A DNA stretch of 64,000 bases, taken from contig CM059432.1 of the NCBI GenBank assembly GCA_030390025.1, positions 43,588,001 to 43,652,000 on the forward strand. The letters run 5' to 3'. The position numbers and the translations under genes were made by a program. This document shows, in pieces, positions 24,843 to 35,724 of this stretch (position 1 is its first letter; the number at the start of each line of letters is the position of its first letter). Source of the stretch: Squalus acanthias. Its lineage: Eukaryota. The notes beneath the pieces were generated by a model, which worked only from the letters and a program-made list of their open reading frames with translations, was not told where the DNA came from and did not search any database.

Positions 24843-26962
24843 AATAGATAGGGCTTGATGGCCGGCATGGACACGATGGGCCGAAGGGCCTCTTTCTGTG
24901 CTGTATAACTCTATGACTCTATGACTCTATGACACTGTCAATCTTTGCAATTTTACCGGATGTCCCACCTCCAAACCCGCCCCGTGAGCACCGGCAAAAT
25001 TTCCCCCAATGATTCAGCATCCACAGCCCTTTAGAGTAGAGAATTCCAAAGATTCACAACCCTCTGAGTGAAGAAATTCCTCCTTATCTCAATCTTTAAT
25101 GGCCGACCCTTTATCTTGAGACTATGCCCCCTAGTTATAGACCTCTCAGCATCTGGCCTGTCAATCCTGCTCAGAATCTCATATGTTTCAATGAGATCAC
25201 CTCTCATTCTTCTAAACTCCAGAGAGTATAGGCCCATTCTATACAATCTCTTCTGACAGGACAACCCTCTCAACCCAGTTATCAATCTAGTGAACCTTCA
25301 TTGCACCGCCTCTAAGGCACATATATCCTTCCTCAGATTAAAGTGCATAATTTTTTCATTTAAAATTTAATATTGTATTTTAAATGTTTATCTTTGTAGA
25401 CTAAGTTATTATTTGAGTAATGTTATCACTGTAATATATTATTTGTTTCAGTGCCAATTTATGGCAGGTGGCAACATTAGAAACTGATGAGCCCATTTCT
25501 TAGCACTTCCCACCAGTCTAAGGGTTAAATGGATAGGAGTACAATCAAGTCTACATGTGTGCAAACTTATTATTGTTCAAATTGGATGGCGTGCTCGTGA
25601 GAAGCAACATTTTTTCCATCCCAATCTATTGTATATGACAGCAGAATTTTATTGCGGTTTGACATTGAGCCACCTTGTTGTGATAGTGTAGGGGCAGCTA
25701 AGTATTTGTGACATACATGCTTTATGCTGCCACTAAATGCAAAATGGAAAAGCATTCCATTATTCAGCACAATAATCAGTCACCTCACTGAATACATGCC
25801 CTTGCGGTTTTTGGTCCTTATGTCCTTTCTGCTGCTATTGGTATCACCTCTATTAAAACATGTATCATGTGAAGTAGTGTTTCCTGTTAAACTCTTCATT
25901 ATGGGCTAAAAGGGTGTTTAACTAAATTATCTATTGGTGCCACTGGAAGGATAGGGCACTGAGCTCTATTTAAGTTCTGAGTGTGACCTCTCTCAGAAAC
26001 CAGTTTTGTGTCTTTGCTCATTAAATAAACTATTCGGGAAGTCTGATAAATACATTTTTCTTTTGAGAACCATTTGAATGTCTTCTCACCAGAATTGTTA
26101 GCAAACACCACCTTTATTCTTCATAAAAGATATTAAGGTGATAAGAAATTATTTATAAAACATTAAATTCTTCTCAGTTCCTTCTGCACACCATCCATTA
26201 AGATAAGTAGGAGTGATGTCATCAAAGTCCAAAATGTTCAATGCAATTCAATAGCAAAAATAATGATCAAATTAAATCAGTAAATGCATATAAAAATGTA
26301 AAGTAAATATTAACCTGTGCTTCAGGTAAATGGGGCATTTGTAAAGTAGGATGTTACTTGAGACCAGCAGCATCATAAAGTGAGAACATTTACTTGATAT
26401 CCTGGCACTCCCAGCAGATAGCACATGACACATTGCGACTAATGGGGTACATCAGCTCTTAAAGGGCTGCTGCTCAGGTGAGGAAGAAATTTGCTTGTCT
26501 GAAGAAAGTTGCCAAGATAAGTAACTGCACATTGTGCTTGATTGTACAGTGTTGCCTTAACAGCACTTCACTGAAAGCTAGGTACAGCATCAGAGGGAGA
26601 ATGCTTTGGAAAATGATCATGTACTTTGCAAATGCAGGGGCATGTCCAGGGTTTAAAACTGTACACTGCATTACTGCCCTGCTAAAGTGTTTGCCCTATG
26701 TCCTATTAAATGTGGCATGTAACAAACACAAGCCACGCTACCAGCATGAGATACCTGCATGCTGCATGTTCACAGAATCACATAAGGTGGCTGTTGCCTT
26801 TATTACTTGACTGACACACATCTTCTCTCAGTTTCCTTATTCTAACCCATGTCCCTTCTCAATCTGCTTTTGGAGAAGGCAGCACATAACTAGTACCATG
26901 CCTTCATACATTCTAAAATCTATTCATCTGTTATGTAGGTTGCCAAAAGGAAGGGGTGGCAG

Positions 26963-28790
26963 AACCATATATATCAATGACTTGGATGAAGGAACAGAGA
27001 GTTGTATATCCAAGTTTGCAGATGATGCTAAGTTAGGAGGCACAGTAAATTTGTGTAGATGGGAACTGGAAGTTACAAAGGGACATAGACAGATTAAGTA
27101 AGTGGGCAAATCTATGGCAGATTGTGATCTATATGGGGAAGTAGGAGGTCAGTCACTTTAGATCCAAGAAAGACAAATCAGAATAGTTTCTTAATGGTGA
27201 GAGATTAGGAATTGTGGAGGAGCAAATAGATTTAGGTGTACAGGTGCACAAATCACTAAAAGCTAGTGCACAGGTAGAAAAAGTAATCGAAACGGCTAAT
27301 GGAATATTAGCCTTTACCTCAAGGGGACTGAAATACAAAGGGGTGGAAGTTATGTTACCGTTGTATAAAGTTCTGGTTAGACCGCATCTGGAGTACTGGG
27401 TTGAGTTTTGGGCATCACATCTCAGGAAGGATATATTGGCCTTGGAGGGGTTGCAGCACAGATTCACCAGAATAATTATGAGGACAAGTTGCATAGACTT
27501 CATTTGTATTCTCTTGAGTTTAGAAGATTGAGGGGTAATTTAACTGAGTTGTTTAAAATGATAAAAGGAATCAATAGGCTAGACATAAAAGAGCTATTTC
27601 CTCTGGTGGAGGAATCCAAAACAAGGGGGCACAATCTTAAAATTGAAACTAGGCCAATCAGAAGTGAAATCAGGAAGCAATTCTTCACACAAAGGGTATT
27701 GGAAATCTAGAATTCACTTCCCCAAAAAGCTGTTGAGATTCGGTCAATTGAAAATTTCAAAACAGAGATTGATAGATTTTTTTTAGGTAAGGGTATTAAG
27801 GAATATGGGGGAAAAAATTCGGTTGCTTTGTGCCTCCCGTTAGCGCCATAAGAGGGTGCTAATGGGGCGCAAAGCAATTAGTGCCTGGGTGCGGCAATGT
27901 TTGCGCTGCTCGCGAAATTGACCAGACATTTTGCGGCGGCGCTAAACACTACCGCCACGATCTCTTGCGCCTGCAGATCGTGACATCAGTCGAGCGTGCA
28001 ACACCCCGGTATCGCCCCGGACCGGATATTGAGTGGCGCCCCATGCCTGCCGCTAGCAATGACAGGTTGAGGGGAGCGTTTTGCAGTCGGGAAGGGACTG
28101 GGGGAGCGCTATTTAAAGGCTTCCTGACTTTTTTTGTCGGCGACATTTTTGCACCGCATTTGAGAGAGAGAGAGAGACTTCTGGAGAGATTCAACGCTGT
28201 GTGAAGGAGTTTTGGGTACTGAGCTGCACTTTGCAGGTTCATTTTGATTTGACCTTCCTTGCATCGATTTAGAAGAGACTTGGGGGGCTGCACTCTGAGC
28301 TCTTTCCCTGGGCCTCTCCATTGTTCTTTCCAGCAGAATTGATGTACAGGTCTCTCCAGGCCGAGATTCAAGGCTGCAATGAGCAGGGTGTGGATGGAGA
28401 GCAAGATCGACCCTCCCCTTTAAGAACTGGACGGCGCCTGTGTGTCTGTGTTCCATTGCTGACTAACATCACATGAGCTTCGCCAGTGCTCTGAGGTAGT
28501 GCCTCGCTCCTCGGCGTTAGCACCTTAAGAGAGGTGTGTAGCGCCTGATTTAGCACTCCAATCACCTCCAGGGGCGATAGAAGCCAAGTTTGCAGTTGGA
28601 AACGATAATTAGCACCAGGTGCTAAACTTTGCGCCCGGCCGACAATTGCACCCCAAACGGGGCGATACCGAATTTCTCCCCCATGGAATCAAGGCTGGTA
28701 AATGGAGTTAAGATACAGATCAGCCATGATCTAACTGAATGGCAGAACAGGCTGAATAGCCTACTCCTGTTCCAATGTTCCTATGCCCTG
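26963..28790 (+). mobile_element. Degraded CR1 3' fragment split by MITE 27808-28682
   Basis: [10 protein letters not shown]...FADD...RPHLEYWVEFW. 3' end resumes at 28683. Confidence 0.88.
27808..28682. mobile_element. Harbinger family A deletion-derivative MITE (875 bp)
   Basis: TIRs GGGGAAAAAATTCGG / CCGAATTTCTCCCCC. TSD ATG. Both halves match the ends of 31425-34883. Sister copy at 50118-51009. Confidence 0.92.
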
Positions 28791-28939
28791 ACAGACACAG
28801 AGTTGTTATAGTCTGCAGCTGGACTCAAGCTCACACATAATTTCTCGCACAATCCTGTTGCCCCATGTTCCTCTGCCCCAACCACCTCCAACTCACACCA
28901 TGCATCACTTGCTTGTTCACTCTCTTGCACCAACTTGAA

Positions 28940-29110
28940 ACACTTCACGGTCTATGAGGAGCTGTCTCTGTCAAGAAAATGATTTGCAAGTCTGGCTGCA
29001 GGAATGAGCACATTTCTATGATGGCCTTCTCGGAGATTTGTGCTCTCTGCATGCAGATTCCACTGGACATGTTCAGGTGCAATTGTCTGGTCCACAAAGA
29101 TAAATGGGGG
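28940..29110 (-). pseudogene. Ancient Harbinger transposase N-terminal remnant
   Basis: HLNMSSGICMQRAQISEKAIIEMCSFLQPDLQ resembles HLSEEQCFRRLHFSKEVVTELCHLLQPDLQ. Confidence 0.6.
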
Positions 29111-30623
29111 TATAAAGCTAAGTTTATTTCTTGCAAAACAGTAAAGTAGCAAAACAGCTAAAGGGATTATAGGTAAAAAGTTAAACAACAAAGAAGCACT
29201 GAAGTGGGTGCAAATGATCTCAGCTGCTACTGCCAGTAAATCAGTCCCCTTTAAGATAAAGGACCCAACCAATGAGAAGGACAGTCCCATGCAGTCTCCG
29301 TTTAAAATGGGCTCTGAGCATCTGGAGGGTTGATCAGGCACTCTAAGCACATTATGAAGGCATCATTAATTTGATTGAAATTTTGGCCTGTAATAAGCCT
29401 CGCACATGGTAGGTGCACAGCCTCTCAGCACCACCGGCGCTTCCTGGTCATAATTTGACATGCACAGCACACTGGGCGCTTCGAATGCAGTGTGCCCAAC
29501 ATGCAGCGGCACTACAAACACCGATACGTGGACCCTCTCAGCATACAGATATAAATAAGTTTAATGGATATTCTTCAGAAGAAACCATTACCTGCCTATG
29601 AGGTTGCACAGCTTATAATTGTCAATAGCAACTATTATTGCTCTTTTAATCATTAGGTTAAAATGACCTTACTTTTTGTCTTAATTTTCTTGGGATTAAA
29701 AACGTCAATGGCCATGTGGTGTTATACTCGGTAGATCTCTAATCTATCCTTGACCAGGATTAATATGAATCCTATTTCAGCGAGTGCAATTTCAAAAATG
29801 GCAAATTCGGTTATACCGCCAAATACAAAGATGTCATTTTTGCTAATTGTCACTTGGGGTTTAAGATTCGATGAACAGTCAAACAAATACCAAATTCTGT
29901 ACTGGTTAGTTCCTAAACTGTTTTCAAATCCAATCTCAGCTACAGGATATTTTCATTTTTAAAGAATAATCATTAATTCAAATGTACCTTATGGGTTGTT
30001 GAACTTTCCAGAGATTCATGCTGTGTTGATTAATTGCTAATGAATGCTAATGAATGAGTGAACAGAACATGAACTAAGATGTACTTAAGAGATGATTGAT
30101 TTGCCTATAAGTACAAGCTGTCAGGAGAGAACTCAATGCCCATATACACAAGTGCCCACATATCAATCCAATACACCAATATCAATTACTGTTCCTCAGG
30201 TCTTAATGGAACTATGAAGACATCAAAACTTGGGTGCCCATTGTAGTGGCATAAATCGAGCGGCCAGTAGCAAAAAACAGGCAGGTGTTCCGTTCCACCA
30301 GAACTCTGTCCAATTTAGCACCCACTCCACGTTATTTCCATTTTTTGGGTGACTTCATGCATGAGGAGGTCATACGCCCCACTTTCCATAGTTTCTGCAT
30401 CATCAGCGCCATGTCAAGTCACTAGAGACAGATGATAGGGGTCACGGCTGAGGCCTATTCTAATCCTCAATGGTACCTGGAGCAATAGGTGTAACCAGGA
30501 ACATCTGCATCCGTTCCCCCCAACAGAGTGGCAGCTAGACCAGCCAGTGCATCAAAAGTGGATGCTTTGACCACTGGCTTTCAGCCTGTGATGGACCATC
30601 TGGAGACAACAATAATCTAAATA

Positions 30624-30978
30624 CAGGAAACTCGTTCGTATCCGGCACCGACAGGACCAGGATGGTGCCGGTTGATTAAAAATTCCGGATAATGGAGAGG
30701 TATATCTACCGAGGCTATTTTTAACAAACAAAAATAAAAAAATCAAGAAATGTGAAGTATAATTGGGTACTCCCCTACAGAATGTTGTGTTAAATGTATG
30801 GTGGAAGATGCTTGATTAAGTACAGTAATGCCAGTTGAGAGTAATCCATAACTCTTTAATTACTTAACAGTGAAACAAAACTTAGAAACGACTGTATACT
30901 GTAGTTTTCGGAGTATGAATTCTGCCAGTTATTGGAGAATTCCGGATATTTAGGTGCCGTTTAAACAAGAGTTTCCTG
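30624..30978. mobile_element. Tigger/pogo-like (Tc1/mariner superfamily) MITE
   Basis: ~26-bp imperfect TIR CAGGAAACTCGTTCGTATCCGGCACC / GGTGCCGTTTAAACAAGAGTTTCCTG. Flanks TA and CA. Confidence 0.75.
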
Positions 30979-33191
30979 CAGTACTATTTTGAGGGGGGTG
31001 CAAAAACAGAGGGACCTGGGAGTGCATATTCACAAATCTTTGAAGGCGGCAGGGCAAGTTGATAAGTTGGTTAAGAAAGCATATGGGGTACTTGGCTTTG
31101 TAAATAGCGGCATTTAATACATACGAACATACGTACGAACATACGAATACAAAACCAAGGAAGTCTTGCTAAACCTTTACAAATCTCTGGTTATGCTTCA
31201 GCTGGAGTGTTGTGTACAATTCTGGGCACCACACTTTAGGAATGATACCAGGAATGAGGGAGTTCAGTTACATGGAGAGATTGGAGAAGTTGGGATTGTT
31301 CTCCTTTATAGCAGAGAAGGTTAAGGGCCGATCTAATAGAGGTATTCAAAATTATGAGGGGTTTTGATAGAGCAAATAGGGAGAAACTATTTCCTCTGGA
31401 AGTGCGTCGGTAACCAGAGATCATGGGGGAGAAATTCGGTATCGCCCCATTTGGGGCGCAATTATCGGCCGGGCACAAAGTTTAGCGCCTGGCGCTAATT
31501 ATCGCCTCCGACTGCAAACTTGGCTTCTATCGCCCCTGGAGGTGATTGGAGCGCTAAATCAGGTGCTACACACCTCTCTTAAGGTGCTAACGCCGAGGAG
31601 CGAGGCGCTAACACAAAGCGCTGGCGAAGCTCAGGTGATGTCAGTTAGCGATGGAACACAAACACACTGGCGCCGGCCAGTTCTTAAAGGGGAGGGTCGA
31701 TCTTGCTCTCCAGCCACACCCTGCTCATTGCAGCCTTGAATCTCGGCCTGGACAGAGCTGAACTTGAATTCTGCTGGAAAGAAGAATGGATAGGCCCAGG
31801 GAACGAGCTCAGCACTTCAGCCATCGGGCCTTGGTGGCTCTGGTTGGCGCAGTGGAGTGCCGAAGGTCAGTACTCTACCCACAGTGTGGCAGGAGGCCAT
31901 TGCCACGCGAATATAGAAGAGTGTGGAGGGAGGTGGCTCAGCACGTCTCCTCCAGGAGCCCAGGACCCACACCCAATGTCGGAAGAAGTTCAAAGACCTC
32001 ACTCGGGTAGTCAGGGTGAGTGGCTGATTTTCAATACATCTACAACCCTTCATCTCAACCTCATTCTGTGCCCAGAGGGTTTAAAAACCCCAAATGCCCA
32101 ACACTCATCCAAGACCTATGGCCATCGCATAAAACACACACGCACATTCCACACCTTGCATACATTAAGGGCTATTCAGCTATGGGAGGCAGATCAGGCA
32201 AACACATGGCTGCATACATTAAGGGCTGTTCAACTATAGGAGACACATCAGGCGAGCACATGGCTGCACATTCACTCAGACGCCATCCTTTTTCTTGCAG
32301 CCAAGCTCTCACAACAGGCGCCAGCAGCAACGCACGGGTAGAGGACCGGCTGAGCTGCAGACCCTCACCGATTTGGAGGCGCGCATGCACAGGATCGTTG
32401 CCAGCCAGGTGATAGGTGCCGTGGTTGCTGGAGAGGTCGACCCCCTTGGGGACAGCAATGGTAAGTTCATCAGCTTTCTCTCCTCTCTCATTCCACTTGC
32501 CCCTCACAACACCAGCCTTTTACACTTTCAATCCAACTTATTAAATGTCTCCAGTCCTTGCTCCCTTGCTGCCCCCCTGTCCTGACGCTAAAGCCACACT
32601 TGTACCTCCCTGCTTTTAGATAGTGAACCACCAGCTGAGCAGCCTGTCCCTCAACCTGCCAGTGGCAGCGACGCCGCAGGCGAGGAGAAGAGGAAGCCGG
32701 AGCCACAGCGCCTGCGTCTCCCAAGGGAGCCCATGCCCACACTGGGACCACGCCTTCCCTGGAGGGGAGCAGGGGGAAAGGTCTGATGAGGATGAAGCTC
32801 CGGGATCCAGAGGGCTGCAGCAATGCCATGGGGGTAGGGAAGCTCGGGGGCCATCTCCCCGGAGGGCGAGTAGGCAAGCGAGTCATGCTGCACTGGACGC
32901 AGAGGAGGCGCGCCTCATCGCGGAAATGAATAGCCAGGCCTTGAACATGCACACTGAGCTCATGGGTGCAATGGCAAGGGTGCCCGAAAGCATTGATGGA
33001 CTGGCAAGGAGTGTGGAGCACTCTGCTGCAGCACAGGCTGACGCGACGCAACGCAACGGCTTAGTGCTGCAATTCAGTCACTAGCTGCTGCCATCCAATC
33101 TCAGACTGCTCTCATGCAGTCTCAGATTGAGATAATGCAAAAATGAGAAGTCGCACAACACCAGGTTATAGTCCAACAGATTTGTTTAAAA

Positions 33192-33229
33192 TGACAAGCT
33201 TTCGGAGCTATCGCCCCTTCTTCAGGTAA
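33192..33229 (-). ncRNA. Minimal hammerhead ribozyme motif (inverted copy)
   Basis: Reverse complement of 33339-33376 with one stem I mismatch (GTCA). Confidence 0.6.
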
Positions 33230-33338
33230 AGTTACAATGAGTGAATCTACAAAAGTTCACAGAATATAAACACAGATATATATTAAACACAGATGTGTTT
33301 ATATTCTGTGAACTTTTGTAGATTCACTCATTGTAACT

Positions 33339-33376
33339 TTACCTGAAGAAGGGGCGATAGCTCCGAAAGCTTGTAA
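33339..33376 (+). ncRNA. Minimal hammerhead ribozyme motif
   Basis: TTAC-CTGAAGA-A-GGGGC(GATA)GCTCC-GAAA-GCT-T-GTAA: core CUGANGA/GAAA, 5-bp stem II, palindromic AGCU stem III, stem I UUAC/GUAA. Confidence 0.75.
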
Positions 33377-33638
33377 TTTTAAATAAATCTGTTGGACTAT
33401 AACCTGGTGTTGTGCGACTTCTCATTTTTGTCCACCCCAGTCCAACGCCGGCATCTCCGCATCATGAGATAATGCAAGCACTGACTGCTGCCATCGTCGC
33501 TGGTAAGGCCACATTGACCCGGGGCTCTCACGGTGCCACAGCAGGCCAGCAATCTGTGCTCGAGCAGATTGCTCCGGATGCTGAGGTACTGCCCCGTGGA
33601 AGTGCCAGTGTGTCGGTTGAGCAGGAAGGTGCTGTCCT

Positions 33639-33773
33639 TGCTAACTTACCTGACGAAGGAGCGAACTGCTTCGAAAGCTTGTAAAATTAAATAAATCTGT
33701 TGGATTATAACCTGGTGTTGTGCGACTTCTCATTTTTGTCCACCCCAGTCCAACGCCGGCATCTCCACATCAC
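33639..33773 (+). mobile_element. Second Penelope-like terminal fragment, with hammerhead motif at 33646-33684
   Basis: TTAC-CTGACGA-A-GGAGC(GAACT)GCTTC-GAAAGCTT-GTAA followed by the same tail as 33380-33464. No clear TSD. Confidence 0.78.
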
Positions 33774-33795
33774 ACTTTCTCAGGATGACAGCATT

Positions 33796-34373
33796 CAGAA
33801 AACCTCTGCATTTTCATGCAGTGCCCGCAATGCCACATGCGCGCAGTCAATGGCGCCCTGCACCATGGGGAAGCCCGCTATCCTAGCAAAGCGACATGCG
33901 CGTTCATGCTGTTTGACCCAGGTCATGGGGAAAGAGATGTACTGGCGTCTCCTTTTATAGAGGGCATTTGTCACCTCCTGGATACAACAATGGACAGTGA
34001 ACTGGGAGATATTGGCGATGTCCCCAGTAGATGCTTGAAAGGAGCCACTGGCATAAAAATTCAGAGCCACTGTCACCTTCACAGCCACCGACAGAGACGT
34101 CCTGGTCCTCAGTTGAGGCTGCAGATCTGGCTGCAGCAGATGGCAGAGCTCAGTGACCACCTCCTTGCTGAAGTGCAGCCTGCGCAAACACTGCTCCTCA
34201 GACAAATGAATGTAGGAGAATTGTTCCCGGAATACCCTGGGAGGGTAAGGTCTCCTGTGCAGAGGCCTGTTGGCCCTCCTCCCTCAGGCCATATTTGCCA
34301 CTCTCTCTCTGCGTCTCTGATGCCTCCGATTCTGCAGGTGAAGGACAATGCCCTGAATCAGTGCAGCCCCCAT
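33796..34373 (-). pseudogene. Harbinger transposase 5' half
   Basis: SEEQCLRRLHFSKEVVTELCHLLQPDL...ALNFYASGSFQ...GFPMVQGAIDCAHVAL. Truncated at the Myb fusion. Confidence 0.92.
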
Positions 34374-35724
34374 ACTCTCTTCTAAATTGATGCAAGGAAG
34401 GTCAAATCAAAAAGAACCTGTAAAGTGCTGCTCAGTACCCAAAACTCCTTCACACAGCATTGAATCTCTCCAGAAGACTCTCTCTCTCTCTTTGAATCTC
34501 TCTCTCTCTCTCAGAATGCCTGGTGCAAAAATGTCGCCGACAAAAAAAGGCAGGAAGAGGCCACCTTTAAATAGCGCTCCCCCAGCCCCTTCCCGACTGC
34601 AAAACCATCCCCTCTACCTGTCGTTGCTAGCGGCAGGTGGAAAGGCAGGGGGCGCCACTAAATATCCGGACCGGGGCGCTACCGGGGCATTGCACACTCA
34701 ACTGACATCACGATCTGCGGGCACAGGAGATCGTGGCGGTAGTGTTTAGCGCTGCTGTAAAATGTCTGGTCAATTTCGTGAGCGGCGCAAACATCGCTGC
34801 GCCCGGGCACTAGTTGCTTTGCGCCCCGATAGCGCCCTCTTAGGGCGCTAATGGGAGGCGCTAATCAACCGAATTTTTCCCCTCATTGATTTAAAATAAT
34901 TGGCAAAAGAACTAGAGGGGAAATGAAGAGAAATGTTTTCACACAGAGGGTTGTTAAGATCTGGAATGCACTACCTGAAAGGGTGGTGGAATCAGATTCC
35001 ATAGGAACTTTTAAAAGGCAATTGGACACGTATTTGAAGAGGACTAATTTGCAGGGTTATGGGGAAATAGCTGGGGCGTGGGACTAAGTTGGACTGCTCT
35101 TTCAAAGAGCCAGTACAGGCATGACGGGCCGAAAGGCCTCCTTCTGTGCAGTAAGATTCTATGATTCTACAACAATAACTTGCTAGAGATTCAGGGCATG
35201 ATCTCTCAAAATATGTCGGTGCTAATACCATCACGTCTGCCCTCCCACTGATCAATCGGCACTTAGATCCAGCACACAGCACTAGTGATGCGCCTAGAAT
35301 CTGTCTCCCCTGATGACAGCTCATATGGCCAGTTTAACCAGCTCCCTCAGATATCTTCTCATGTAGATGTCAGAATACTAGACCATGCTGCCCAAGCATC
35401 TGCAGTAATGATGCAGCCTGTTGAAGACTCCTTCCATGGGCTGGATTTTGTCAGTGTAGGCTGGCTGGGGCGTGTCAGGTGGAAATCGTGTCAGGACCCC
35501 GACTCCCAATTGAAGTGCTGAAAAAGTGGGATTTTCCCCTAATTGGGTAATTGATTTCCAGCGTGTGGGAACCCCTGGCCCAATTAGTCTTTCCATCCAG
35601 AAAGTCGGCTCCGATGATGTCATCAGTGCTGCTGCTTTTAAGGCCTGCTTTTTTAAGGAAGCTTTGCTTCTTCTGGAGACTGCAATCTTAATGCTGATTG
35701 TACTGAGGAATTTATTGTACGAAT

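Larger units (their letters stand above)
20660..24932 (+). mobile_element. Near full-length CR1 LINE (5'UTR, ORF1, ORF2, (ACTCTATG)n tail)
   Basis: Both ORFs recognisable in order. Microsatellite tail at ~24908-24932. 5' boundary approximate. Confidence 0.95.
19872..25007. mobile_element. Non-autonomous Harbinger family B element hosting a near full-length CR1
   Basis: GGGCTGGATTTT at 19872 and AAAATTTCCCCC ending 25007. TSD AAC/AAT. Confidence 0.8.
19690..25340 (-). mobile_element. CR1 3' fragment (19690-19871 plus 25008-25340) split by a Harbinger insertion
   Basis: (AACATAAG)n tail at 19690. CR1 sequence resumes contiguously after 25007. Confidence 0.85.
33141..33464. mobile_element. Penelope-like retroelement terminal fragment with a long inverted repeat
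   Basis: 13-bp TSD TGAGATAATGCAA (33128-33140, 33465-33477). ~135-bp inverted arms plus a ~35-nt unique tail. Hammerhead core and AATAAA in the repeat. Confidence 0.8.
31786..33795 (+). pseudogene. Harbinger Myb/SANT gene (3 exons), frameshifted, with two Penelope-like insertions in exon 3
   Basis: MDRPRERAQHFSHRALVALVGAVECRRSVLYP...VWREVAQHVSS. Collinear with 830-2575. Confidence 0.87.
31425..34883. mobile_element. PIF/Harbinger family A element with both TIRs and a central deletion
   Basis: TIRs GGGGGAGAAATTCGG / CCGAATTTTTCCCCT. TSD CAT (31422-31424, 34884-34886). Myb gene (+) fused at ~33795 to the 5' half of the transposase (-). Confidence 0.93.
30985..35170 (+). mobile_element. CR1 3' fragment (30985-31424 plus 34884-35170) split by a Harbinger
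   Basis: CR1 sequence is contiguous across the insertion. GATTCTAT tail at ~35155-35169. Confidence 0.87.

Noticed and set aside
32160..32268. ~54-bp tandem duplication as a regulatory array
   Set aside because: Two diverged units in a transposon intron, single in the paralog at ~2150-2210; an ordinary local duplication.
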